A DNA stretch of 64,000 nucleotides. Origin: Eledone cirrhosa (Eukaryota). The stretch lies in NCBI GenBank assembly GCA_964016885.1, contig OZ024743.1, positions 322,400,001-322,464,000 of the forward strand, in the 5' to 3' direction. The position numbers and the translations under genes were made by a program. How positions within the stretch are numbered: the first letter of the stretch is position 1; the number at the start of each line of letters is the position of its first letter. This document shows positions 1 to 13,760 of this stretch, one piece after another. The notes under the pieces were generated by a model. That model saw only the letters and a program-made list of their open reading frames with translations, was not told the DNA's origin and searched no databases.

Positions 1-3000
1 TCTGGGTCCTTAACTTGGAGCTACAGTAAAAGACACTGGCCAACCTCGATCTGGGTCCTTAACTTTGAGCTACAGTAAAAGACACTTAACCACCTCGATC
101 TGGGTCCTTAACTTGGAGCTACGATAAAACACACGTACCCACCTCGATCTGGGTCCTTAACTTGGAACTACAGTAAAACATATTACCCACCTCGATCTGG
201 GTCCTTAACTTGGAGCTACAGTAAAACATACTTACTCACCTCGATATGGGTCCTTAACTTGGAGCTACAGTAAATGACACGTACCCACATCGATCTGCAT
301 CCTTAACTTAAAAGACACTTACCCACTTCTATCTGGGTCCTTAACTTGGAGCTGCCGTAAAAGACACTTACCCACCTTGATCTGGGTCCTTAAATTGGAA
401 CTACAGTAAAAGACACCTAACCACCTTGATCTAGGTCCTTAACTTGGAGCTACAGTAAAAGACAACTACCCACCTCGATCTTGGTCCTTAACTTGGAGCT
501 ACAGTAAAACACTTACCCACCTCGATCTGGGTCCTTAACTTGGAGCTACAATAAAACACACTTACCCACCTCAATCTGGTTCTTTAACTTGGAGCTACAG
601 TAAAACACACTTACCCAGCTTGATCTGGGTTCTTAAGTTTGAGCTACACTAAAAGACACTTAACCAGCTCGATCTGGGTCCTTAACTTGGAGCTACGATA
701 AAACACACGTACCCACCTCGATCTGGGTCCTTAACTTGGAACTACAGTAAAACATATTACCCACCTCGATCTGGGTCCTTAACTTGGAGCTACAGTAAAA
801 CACACTTACTCACCTCGATCTGGGTCCTTAACATGGAGCTATAGTAAAAGACACTTACCCACCTTGATCTGGGTCCTTAACTTGGAGCTACAGTAAAAGA
901 CACTTACCCACCACGATCTGGGTCCATAACTTGGAGTTACAGTAAAACACCCTTACCCACATTGATCTGGGTCCTTAACTTGGAGGTACAATAAAACACA
1001 CTTACCCACCTTGATCTGGGTCCTTAACATGGAGCTACAGTAAAACACACTTAGCCACCTCGATCTGGGTCCTTAACTTGGAGGTACAATAAAACACACT
1101 TACCCACCTCGATCTGGGTCCTTAACATGGAGCTACAGTAAAACACACTTACCCACCTCGATCTGGGTCCTTAACTTGGAGCTAGAGTAAAACACACTTA
1201 ACAACCTTGATCTGGGTCCTTAACTTGGAGCTACAGTAAAAGACACTTACCCACCTCGATCTGGGTCCTTAACTTGGAGCTACAGTAAAAGACACTACCC
1301 ACCTCGATCAGGGTCTTTCACATGGAGCTAGAGTAAAACACACTTACCCAACTAGATATGGGTCCTTAACTTGGAGCTAGAATAAAACACTTACCCACTT
1401 CGATCTGTGTGCTTAACTTGGAGCTACAATAAAACACATTTACCCACCTCAATCTGGTTCCTTAACTTGGAGCTACAATAAAAGACACGTACCAACCCCG
1501 ATCTGGGTCCTTTACATGGTGCTACAGTAAAACACCCTTACCCACCATGATCTGGGTCCTTACCTTGGAACTACAGTAAAACATATTACCCACCTCGATC
1601 TGGGTCCTCAACTTGGAGCTACAGTAAAACATACTAACCCACCTCGATATGGGTCCTTAATTTGGAGCTACAGTAAAATACATTTACCCACCTTGATCTG
1701 GATCCTTAACTTGAGGCTACAGTAAAACACACTTACCCACCTCGATCTGGGTCCTTAACTTGGAGGTACAATAAAACACACTTACCCACCTCCATCTGGG
1801 TCCTTAACATGGAGCTACAGTAAAAGACACTACCCACCTCGATCTGTGTCCTTAACTTGGAGCTACACTAAAAGACACTTACCCACCTCGATTTGGGTCC
1901 TTAACTTGGAGCTAGAGTAAAACACTTACCCACCTCGATCTGTGTGCTTAACTTGGAGCTACAATAAAACACATTTACCCACCTCAATCTGGGTCCTTAA
2001 CATGGAGCTACAGTAAAAGACACCTACCCACCTTGATCTGGGCCCTTAACTTGTAGCTACAGTAAAAGACACTTACCCACCTTATCTGGGTCCTTAACTT
2101 GGAGCTTCAGTAAAAGACATTTACCCACCTTGATCTGGGTCCTTAACTTGGAGCTTCAGTAAAAGACACTTACCAACCTATATCTGGGTCCTTAACTTGG
2201 AGCTACAGTAGAAGACACTTAACCACATCGATCTGGGTCTTTAAATTAGAGCTACAGTAAAACATACTTACCCAACTCGATCTTGGTCCTTAACTTGTAG
2301 CTACAGTAAAAGTCACATAACCACCTCGATCTGGTTCCTTAACTTGGAGCTACGATAAAACACACTTACCCACCACGATCTGGGTCCTTAACTTGGAACT
2401 ACAGTAAAACATATTACCCACCTCGATCTGGGTCCTTAACTTGGAGCTACAGTAAAAGACACTTACCCACCTCGACTGGGTCCTTAACTTGGAGCTACAG
2501 TAAAAGACACTTACCCACCTCGACTGGGTCCTTAACTTGGAGCTACAGTAAAACACCCTTACCGACCTTGATCTGGGTCCTTAACTTAGAGCTACAGTAA
2601 AAGACACTACCCACCTCTATCTGGGTCCTTAACTTGGAGCTACAGTAAAACATACTTCCCCACTTCGATATGGGTCCTTAATTTGGAGCTACAGTAAAAG
2701 ACACTTACCCTCCTCGATCTGCGTGCTTAACTTGGAGCTACAGTAAAAGACACTTACCCACCTCGATCTGTGTCCTTAATTTGGAGCTACCGAAAAAAAA
2801 AATTACCCACCTCGATCTGGGTCCTTAAATTGGACCTACAGTAAAAGACAACTACACACCTTGATCTTGGTCCTTAACATGGAGCTACAGTAAAACACTT
2901 ACCCACCTCGATCTGGGTCCTTAACTTAGAGCTATAATAAAACACACTTACCCACCTCAATCTGGTTCTTTAACTTGGAGCTACAGTAAAAGACACTTAC

Positions 3001-3479
3001 CCAGCTTGATTTGGGTCGTTAACTTGGAGCTACAGTAAAAGACACTTACCCGCCTCGATCTGGGTCCTTAACTTGGAGCTAGAGTAAAACACTTACCCAC
3101 CTCGATCTGGGTCCTTAAATTAGAGGTACAATAAAACACACTTACCCACCTCGATCTGTGTCCTTAACTTGGAGCTACAGTAAAAACACTTACCCACCTC
3201 GATCTGGGTCCTTAACTTGGAGCTACAGTAAAACACACTTACCCACATCGATCTGGGTCCTTAACTTGGAGGTACAATAAAACACACTTACCCACCTGAT
3301 CTGGGTCCCTAACATGGGGCTACAGTAAAACACACCTACCCACATTGATCTGGGTCCTTAACTTTGAACTACAGTAAAACATATTACCCACCTTGATCTG
3401 GGTCCTTAACTTGGAGCTACAGTAAAAGACACTTACCCACATTGATCTGGGTCCTTAACTTGGAGCTACAGTAAAAGAC

Positions 3480-5313
3480 ACTTACCCACCCTGACCTGGG
3501 TCCTTAACTTGGAGCTAGACTAAAACACTTACCCACCTCGATCTGTGTGCTTAACTTGGAGCTACAATAAAACACATTTACCCACCTCAATCTGGTTCGT
3601 TGACTTGGAGCTACAGTAAAACACACTTACCCACCTTGATCTGGGTCCTTAACTTGGAGCTACGATAAAACACACTTACCCACCGTGATCTGGGTCCTAA
3701 CTTGAAACTACAGTAAAAGACACTTACCCACCTCGATCTGGGTCCTTAACTTGGAGCTACAATAAAAGACACTTACCCACCTGATCTGGGTCCTTTACTT
3801 GGTGCTACAGTAAAAAATATTACCCACCTCGATCTGGGTCCTTAACTTGGAGCTACAGTAAAAGACACTTACCCACCTCGATCTGGGTCCTTAACTTGGA
3901 GCTACAATAAAAGAAACTTACCCACCTTGATCTGGGTCCTTTACTTGGTGCTACAGTAAAACACACTTACCCACCTCTATCTGGGTCCTTAGCTTGGAGC
4001 TTCAGTAAAAGACACTTACCCACCTTGATCTGGGTCCTTAAATTGGAGCTACAGCAAATGACACTTACCCACCTGTATCTGGGTCCTTAACTCGGAGCTA
4101 CAGTAAAACACACTTACTCACCTCCATCTGGGTCCATAACTTAGAGATACATTACAAGATACTTATCACCTCGATCTGGGTACTTAACTTGGAGCTACTG
4201 CAAAAGACACTTACCCACCTCGATCTGGGTCCTTAACTTGGAGCTACAGTAAAACATACTTACCCACCTTGATGTGGGTCCTTAACTTGGAGCTACAATA
4301 AAACACACTTACCCACATTGATCTGGGTCCTTAACTTGGAGCTACAGTAAAACACACTTACCCACCTTGATCTGGGTCCTTAAATTGGAGCTACAGCAAA
4401 TGACACTTACCCACCTGTATCTGGGTCCTTAACTCGGAGCTACAGTAAAACACACTTACTCACCTCCATCTGGGTCCTTAACTTGGAGCTACAGTAAAAG
4501 ACACTTACCCACCCTGATCTGGGTCCTTAACTTGGAGCTAGACTAAAACACTTACCCACCTCGATCTGTGTGCTTAACTTGGAGCTACAATAAAACACAT
4601 TTACCCACCTCAATCTGGTTCGTTAACTTGGAGCTACAGTAAAACACACTTACCCACCTTGATCTGGGTCCTTAACTTGGAGCTACGATAAAACACACTT
4701 ACCCACCGTGATCTGGGTCCTAACTTGAAACTACAGTAAAAGACACTTACCCACCTCGATCTGGGTCCTTAACTTGGAGCTACAATAAAAGACACTTACC
4801 CACCTCATCTGGGTCCTTTACTTGGTGCTACAGTAAAAAATATTACCCACCTCGATCTGGGTCCTTAACTTGGAGCTACAGTAAAAGACACTTACCCACA
4901 GCGATCTGGGTCCTTAACTTGGAGCTACAATAAAAGACACTTACCCACCTCGATCTGGGTCCTTTACTTGGTGCTACAGTAAAACACACTTACCCACCTC
5001 TATCTGGGTCCTTAGCTTGGAGCTTCAGTAAAAGACACTTACCCACATTGATCTGGGTCCTTAACTTGCAGCTACAGTAAAACACACTTACCCACCTAGA
5101 TCTGGGTCCATAACATGGAGCTACAGTAAAACATACTTACCCACCTCGATCTGGGTCCATAACTTGGAGATACATTAAAAGATACTTATCACCTCGATAT
5201 GGGTACTTAACTTGGAGCTACTGCAAAAGACACTTACCCACCTCGATCTGGGTCCTTAACTTGGAGCTACAGTAAAACATACTTACCCACCTTGATGTGG
5301 GTCCTTAACTTGG
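3480..5313. repeat. Imperfect 1023-bp (21-monomer) tandem duplication; also present in copy 2 at ~23690-25420
   Basis: AGACTAAAAC at 3517 and 4540; ATACATTA-AAGATACTTATCACC at 4147 and 5170. Both halves share the GTCCTAACTTGAAAC and AAAAAATATTAC variants. Confidence 0.85.
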
Positions 5314-8300
5314 ACCTACTGTAAAAGACACTTACCCACCTCCATCTGGGACCTTAATTTGGAGCTACAGAAAAACACACTTACTCACCTCGATCTGGGT
5401 CCTTAACTTGGAGCTACAGTAAAAGAAACTTACCCACCTCGATCTGGGTCCTTAACTTGGCGCTACAGTAAAACACACTTACCCACCTGATCTGTGTGCT
5501 TAACTTAGAGCTACAATAAAAGACACTTACCCATCTCGATTTGGGTCCTTAACTTGGAGGTACAATAAAACACACTTACCCACATTGATCTGCGTCCTTA
5601 ACTTGGAGCTGCAGTAAAAGACACTTACCCACATTGATCTGTGTCCTTAACTTGGAGCTGCAGTAAAAGACACTTACCCACATCGTCTGGGTCCTTAACT
5701 TGGAGCTACAGTATAACACACTTACCCACCATGATCTGGGTCCTTAACTTGGAGCTACAGTTAAACACACATAACCAACCTAGATCTGTGTCCATAACTT
5801 GGAGCTACAGTAAAACATACTTACCCACCTCGATCTGCGTGATTAACTTAGAGCTACAGTAAAAGGCACTTACCCACCTTGATCTGGGTCCTTAACTTGG
5901 AGCTACAATAAAACACACTTACCCACATTGATCTGGGTCCTTAACTTGGAGCTACAGTAAAACACACTTACCCACCTTGATCTGGGTCCTTAACTTGGAG
6001 CTACAGTAAAAGACACTTACCCACCTCGATATCTGTCCTTAACTTGGAGCTACAGTAAAACACACTTACCCACCTCTATCTGGATCCTTAACTTGGAGCT
6101 ACAGAAAAAGACACTTACCCACCTTGATCTGGATTTAACTTGGAGCTACAGTAAAACATACTTACCCACCTCTATCTGGGTCCTTAACTTGGAGCTACAG
6201 TAAAACACACTTACCCACCTCGATCTGCGTCCTTAACTTAGAGCTACAGTAAAAGACGCTTACCCACCTCTATCTGGGTCCTTAACTTGGAGCTACGATA
6301 AAACACACTTACCCACCGTGATATGGGTCCTTATCTTGGAACTACAGTAAAACATATTACTCACCTCGATCTGGGTCCTTAAATTGGAGCTACAGTAAAA
6401 GACACTTACCCACATTGATCTGGGTCATTAACTTGGAGCTACAATAAAAGACACTTAATCAACTCGATCTGGGTCCTTTACTTGGAGCTACAGTAAAACA
6501 CACTTACCCACCTTGATCTGGGCTCTTAACTTGGAGCTTCAGTAAAAGACACTTACCCACCTCGATCTGCGTCCTTAATTTGGAGCTACAGTAAAACACA
6601 CTTACTCACCTCGATCTGGGTCCTTAACTTGGAGCTACAGTAATAGACACTTACCCACCTCGATCTGGGTCCTTAACTTGGAGCTACAGTAAAAGACACT
6701 TACCCACCTTGATCTGGGTCCTTAACTTCGAGCTACAGTAAAAGACACTTACCCACCTTGATCTGGGTCCTTAACTTGGAGCTACAATAAAACACACTTA
6801 CCCACATTGATCTGAGTCCTTAACTTGGAGCTACAGTAAAATACACTTACCCACATTGATCTGTGTCCTTAACTTGGAGCTGCAGTAAAAGACACTTACC
6901 CACAACGTCTGGGTCCTTAACTTGGAGCTACAGTAAAACACACTTACCCAACATGATCTGGGTCCTTAACTTGGAGCTACAGTTAAACACACATAACCAA
7001 CCTAGATCTGTGTCCAGAACTTGGAGCTACAGTAAAACATGCTTACCCACCTCGATCTGGGTCCTTAACTTGGAGATACAGTAAAAGATACTTATCCACC
7101 TCGATCTGGGTACTTAACTTGGAGCTACTGCAAAAGACACTTACCCACATTGATCTGGGTTTAACTTGGAGCTACAGTAAAACATACTTACCCACCTCGA
7201 TCTCTGTCCTTAACTTGGCGCTACAGTAAAACACACTTACCCACCTCGATCTGCGTGCTTAACTTAGAGCTACAGTAAAAGGCACTTACCCACCTCGATC
7301 TGGGTCCTTAACTTGGAGCTACAGTAAAAGAAACTTACCCCCATCGATCTGGGTCCTTAACTTGGAGCTACAGTAAAACACACTTACCCACCTTGATCTG
7401 GGTCCTTAACTCGGAGCTACAGCAAAAGACACTTACCCACAATGATCTGGGTCCTTAACTCGGAGCTACAGTAAAACACGCTTACCCACCTGATCTGCGT
7501 GCTTAACTTAGAGCTACAGTAAAAGACACTTACGCACCTCGATCTGGGTCCTTAACTTGGAGATACAATAAAACACTCTTACCCACATTGATCTGGGTCC
7601 TTAACTTGGAGCTACAGTAAAAGACACTTACCCACATTTCTGTGTCCTTAACTTGGAGCTGCAGTAAAAGACACTTACCCACCTCGTCTGGTTCCTTAAC
7701 TTGGAGCTACAGTAAAAGACACTTACCCACATTGATCTGTGTCCTTAACTTGGAGCTACAGTAAAAGACACTTACCCACATTGATATGTGTCCTTAACTT
7801 GGAGCTGCAGTAAAAGACACTTACCCACAACGTCTGGGTCCTTAACTTGGAGCTACAGTAAAACACACTTACCCACCATGATCTGGGTCCTTAACTTTGA
7901 GCTACAGTTAAACACACATATCCAACCTAGATCTGTGTCCATAACTTGGAGCTACAGTAAAACATACTTACCCACCTGATTTGGGTCCTTAACTTGGAGA
8001 TACAGTAAAAGATACTTATCCACCTCGATCTGGGTTCTTAACTTGGAGCTACTGCAAAAGACACTTACCCACATCGATCTGGGTTTAACTTGGAGCTACA
8101 GTAAAACATACTTACCCACCTCGATCTCTGTCCTTAAATTGGCGCTACAGTAAAACACACTTACCCACCTCGATCTGCGTGCTTAACTTAGAGCTACAGT
8201 AAAAGGCACTTACCCACCTTGATCTGGGTCCTTAACTTGGAGCTACAATAAAACACACTTACCCACATTGATCTGGGTCCTTAACTTGGAGCTACAGTAA

Positions 8301-10083
8301 AAGAAACTTACCCCCATCGATCTGGGTACTTAACTTGGAGCTACAGTAAAACACACTTACCCACCTCGATCTGGGTCCTTAATTTGGAGCTACAATAAAA
8401 CATACTTACCCACGTCGATCTGGGTCCTTAACTTGGAGCTACAGTAAAAGATACTTATCCACCTCGATCTGGGTACTTAACTTGGAGCTACTGCAAAAGA
8501 CACTTACCCACCTCGATCTGGATACTTAACTTGGAGCTACAGTAAAAGATACTTACCCACCTCGATTTTGGTCCTTAACTTCGAGCTACAGCAAAAGACA
8601 CTTACCCACCTCGATGTGGGTCCTTAACTTGGAGCTACAGTAAAAGACACTTACACACCTTGATCTGGGTTTAACTTGGAGCTACAGTAAAACATACTTA
8701 CCCACCTCTATCTGGGTCCTTAACTTGGAGCTACAGTAAAACACACTTATCCACCTCGATCTGCGTCCTTAACTTAGAGCTACAGTAAAAGGCGCTTACC
8801 CACCTCTATCTGGGTCCTTAACTTGGAGCTACGATAAAACACACTTGCCCACCGTGATATGGGTCCTTAACTTGGAACTACAGTAAAACATAATACCCAC
8901 CTAGATCTGGGTCCTTAACTTGGAGCTACAGTAAAAGACACTTACCCACCTTGATCTGGGACATTAACTTGGAGCTACAATAAAAGACACTTAATCAACT
9001 CGATCTGGGTCCTTTACTTGGAGCTACAGTAAAACACACTTACCCACCTTGATCTGTGTCCTTAACTTGGAGCTGCAACAAAAGACACTTACCCACCTCG
9101 TCTGGGTCCTTAACTTGGCGCTACAGTTAAACACACATACCCAACCTAGATCTGGGTCCATAACTTGGAGCTACAGTAAAACATACTTACCCACCTCGAT
9201 CTGTGTCCTTATCTTGGAGCTACAGTAAAAGATATTTACCCACCTCGATCTGGGTCCTTAAATTGGAGCTACAGTAAAAGACACTTACCCACCTCGATCT
9301 CTGTCCTTAACTTGGAGCTACAGTAAAAGACACTTACCCACCTTGATCTGGGTCCTTAACTTGGAGCTACAGTAAAACACACTTACCCACCTCGATCTTG
9401 GTACTTAACTTGGAGCTACAGTAAAACGCACTTACCCACCTCGATCTGCGTCCTTAACTTACAGCTACAGTAAAAGACAGTTACCCACCTCGATCTGGGT
9501 CCTTAACTTGGAGCTACAATAAAACACACTTACCCACATTGATCTGGGTCCTTATCTTTGAGATACAGTAAAAGACACTTACCCCCATCGATCTGGGTCC
9601 TTAACTTGGAGCTACAGTAAAACACACTTACCCAAGCGATTTGGGTCCTTAACTTGGAGCTACAGTATAACACATTTACCGACCTCGATCTGGGTCATTA
9701 ACTTGGAGCTACAGTAAATGACGCTTACCCACCTGATCTAGGTCCTTAACTTGGAGCTACGGTAAAACACACTTACCCACCTAGATCTGGGACCTTAACT
9801 TGGAGCTACAGTAAATCACACTTACCCACCTCGATCTGGGTCCTGAACTTGGAACTACAGTAAGACACACATACCCAACCTAGATCTGGGTCCTTAACTT
9901 GGATCTACAGTAAAACAAATTTACCCATCCTGATCTGGGTCCTTAACTTGGAGCTACAGTAAAAGACACTTACCCACATTGATCTATGTCCTTAACTTGG
10001 AGCTGCAGTAAAAGACACTTACCCACCTTTTCTGGGTCCTTAACTTGGAGCTACAGTAAAACACACTTACTCACTTTGATCTA

Positions 10084-13000
10084 GGTCCTTAACTTGGAGA
10101 TACAGTAAAAGATACTTATCCACCTCGATCTGGGTACTTAACTTGGAGCTACTGCAAAAGACACTTATCCACCTTGATCTGGGTCCTTAACTTGGAGCTA
10201 CAGTAAAAGACACTTACCCACCTCGATCTGGGTCCTTAACTTGGAGCTACAGTAGAACACACATACCCAACCTAGATCTGGGTCCTTAACTTGGAGCTAC
10301 AGTAAAACATACATACACACTTTGATCTGGGTCCTTAACTTGGAGCTACAGTAAATGACACTTACCCACCTCGATCTGGGTCCTTAACTTGCAGCTACAG
10401 TAAAACACACTTACCCACCTAAATCTGAGTCTTTAACTTGGAGGTACGATAAAACACACTTACCCACCTCGATCTGGTTCCTTAAATTGGAACTACAGTA
10501 AAACATATTACCCACCTCGATCTGGGTCCTTAACTTGGAGCTACTGTAAAAGACACTTACCCACCTCCATCTGGGTCCTTAACTTGGAGCTACAGTAAAA
10601 CATACTTACCCAACATGATGTGGGTTCTTAACTTGGAGCTACAGTAAAAGACACTTATCCACCTCGATCTGGGACCTTAATTTGGAGCTACAGTAAAACA
10701 CACTTACTCACCTCGATCTGGGTCCTTAACTTGGAGCTACAGTAAAAGAAACTTACCCACCTCGATCTGGGTCCTTAACTTGGCGCTACAGTAAAACACA
10801 CTTACCCAGCTGATCTGCGTGCTTAACTTAGAGCTACAGTAAAAGACACTTACCCACCTCTATCTGGGTCCTTAACTTGGAGATACAATAAAACACACTT
10901 ACCCACAATGATCTGGGTCCTTAACTTGGAGCTACAGTAAAAGACACTTACCCACATTGATCAGTGTCCTTAACTTGGAGCTGCAGTAAAAGACACTTAC
11001 CCACCTCGTCTGGGTCCTTAACTTGGAGCTACAGTAAAACACACTTACCCACCTCGATCTGGATCCTTAACTTGGAGCTACAGTTAAACACACATAACCA
11101 ACCTAGATCTGGTTCCAGAACTTGGAGCTACAGTAAAACATACTTACCCACCTCGATCTGGGTCCTTAACTTGGATATACAGTAAAAGATACTTATTCAC
11201 CTCGATCTGGGTACTTAACTTGGAGCTACTGCAAAAGACACTTACCCACATCGATCTGGGTTTAACTTGGAGCTACAGTAAAACATACTTACCCACCTCG
11301 ATCTCTGTCCTTAACTTGGCGCTACAGTAAAACACACTTACCCACATTGATCTGCGTGCTTAACTTAGAGCTACAGTAAAAGACACTTACCCACCTCGAT
11401 CTGGGTCCTTAACTTGGAGCTACAATAAAACACACTTACCCACATTGATCTGGGTCCTTAACTTGGAGCTACAGTAAAAGAAACTTACCCCCATCGATCT
11501 GGGTCCTTAACTCGGAGCTACAGTAAAACACGCTTACCCACCTGATCTGCGTGCTTAACTTAGAGCTACAGTAAAAGACACTTACCCACCTCGATCTGGG
11601 TCCTTAACTTGGAGATACAATAAAACACACATACCCACATTGATCTGGGTCCTTAACTTGGAGCTACAGTAAAAGACACTTACCCACATTGATCTGTGTC
11701 CTTAACTTGGAGCTGCAGTAAAAGACACTTACCCACCTCGTCTGGTTCCTTAACTTGGAGCTACAGTAAAACACACTTACCCACAATGATCTGGGTCCTT
11801 AACTTGGAGCTACAGTTAAACACACATATCCAACCTAGATCTGTGTCCAGAACTTGGAGCTACAGTAAAACATGCTTACCCACCTCGATCTGGGTCCTTA
11901 ACTTGGAGATACAGTAAAAGATACTTATCCACCTCGATCTGGGTACTTAACTTGGAGCTACTGCAAAAGACACTTATCCACCTTGATCTGGGTCCTTAAC
12001 TTGGAGCTACAGTAAAAGACACTTACCCACCTCGATCTGGGTCCTTAACTTGGAGCTACAGTAGAACACACATACCCAACCTAGATCTGGGTCCTTAACT
12101 TGGAGCTACAGTAAAACATACATACACACTTTGATCTGGGTCCTTAACTTGGAGCTACAGTAAATGACACTTACCCACCTCGATCTGGGTCCTTAACTTG
12201 CAGCTACAGTAAAACACACTTACCCACCTAAATCTGAGTCTTTAACTTGGAGGTACGATAAAACACACTTACCCACCTCGATCTGGTTCCTTAAATTGGA
12301 ACTACAGTAAAACATATTACCCACCTCGATCTGGGTCCTTAACTTGGAGCTACTGTAAAAGACACTTACCCACCTCCATCTGGGTCCTTAACTTGGAGCT
12401 ACAGTAAAACATACTTACCCAACATGATGTGGGTTCTTAACTTGGAGCTACAGTAAAAGACACTTATCCACCTCGATCTGGGACCTTAATTTGGAGCTAC
12501 AGTAAAACACACTTACTCACCTCGATCTGGGTCCTTAACTTGGAGCTACAGTAAAAGAAACTTACCCACCTCGATCTGGGTCCTTAACTTGGCGCTACAG
12601 TAAAACACACTTACCCAGCTGATCTGCGTGCTTAACTTAGAGCTACAGTAAAAGACACTTACCCACCTCTATCTGGGTCCTTAACTTGGAGATACAATAA
12701 AACACACTTACCCACAATGATCTGGGTCCTTAACTTGGAGCTACAGTAAAAGACACTTACCCACATTGATCAGTGTCCTTAACTTGGAGCTGCAGTAAAA
12801 GACACTTACCCACCTCGTCTGGGTCCTTAACTTGGAGCTACAGTAAAACACACTTACCCACCTCGATCTGGATCCTTAACTTGGAGCTACAGTTAAACAC
12901 ACATAACCAACCTAGATCTGGTTCCAGAACTTGGAGCTACAGTAAAACATACTTACCCACCTCGATCTGGGTCCTTAACTTGGATATACAGTAAAAGATA

Positions 13001-13760
13001 CTTATTCACCTCGATCTGGGTACTTAACTTGGAGCTACTGCAAAAGACACTTACCCACATCGATCTGGGTTTAACTTGGAGCTACAGTAAAACATACTTA
13101 CCCACCTCGATCTCTGTCCTTAACTTGGCGCTACAGTAAAACACACTTACCCACATTGATCTGCGTGCTTAACTTAGAGCTACAGTAAAAGACACTTACC
13201 CACCTCGATCTGGGTCCTTAACTTGGAGCTACAATAAAACACACTTACCCACATTGATCTGGGTCCTTAACTTGGAGCTACAGTAAAAGAAACTTACCCC
13301 CATCGATCTGGGTCCTTAACTCGGAGCTACAGTAAAACACGCTTACCCACCTGATCTGCGTGCTTAACTTAGAGCTACAGTAAAAGACACTTACCCACCT
13401 CGATCTGGGTCCTTAACTTGGAGATACAATAAAACACACATACCCACATTGATCTGGGTCCTTAACTTGGAGCTACAGTAAAAGACACTTACCCACATTG
13501 ATCTGTGTCCTTAACTTGGAGCTGCAGTAAAAGACACTTACCCACCTCGTCTGGTTCCTTAACTTGGAGCTACAGTAAAACACACTTACCCACAATGATC
13601 TGGGTCCTTAACTTGGAGCTACAGTTAAACACACATATCCAACCTAGATCTGTGTCCAGAACTTGGAGCTACAGTAAAACATGCTTACCCACCTCGATCT
13701 GGGTCCTTAACTTGGAGATACAGTAAAAGATACTTATCCACCTCGATCTGGGTACTTAAC
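10084..13760. repeat. 1809-bp (37-monomer) tandem duplication, apparently identical copies
   Basis: Identical ORF pairs 10964/12773 and 11696/13505. Both copies share the private variants CTAAATCTGAGTCTTT, CAACATGATGTGGGTTC and TGGATATAC. The segment is single-copy at ~30200-32070. Confidence 0.93.

Noticed and set aside
1246-1252. Telomere-like TTACCC/GGGTAA motif or G-quadruplex potential
   Set aside because: There is only one copy per 49 bp, it is not tandem, and the G3 runs are too far apart for a canonical G4.
1211-1259. Spliced repetitive protein from joined 29-nt minus-strand exons (one frame reads LQVKDPDRG, loosely like a cadherin DxD motif)
   Set aside because: 29 nt shifts the frame at each exon and one frame contains TAA, so consecutive exons terminate within three units. 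A 9-residue resemblance is not significant.
2350-2556. Minus-strand ORFs (2350-2556 and 61322-61507) with a repeated FYCSSKLRTQ peptide
   Set aside because: Chance open frames caused by 48-bp monomers keeping the frame. A 49-bp period is not a multiple of 3.
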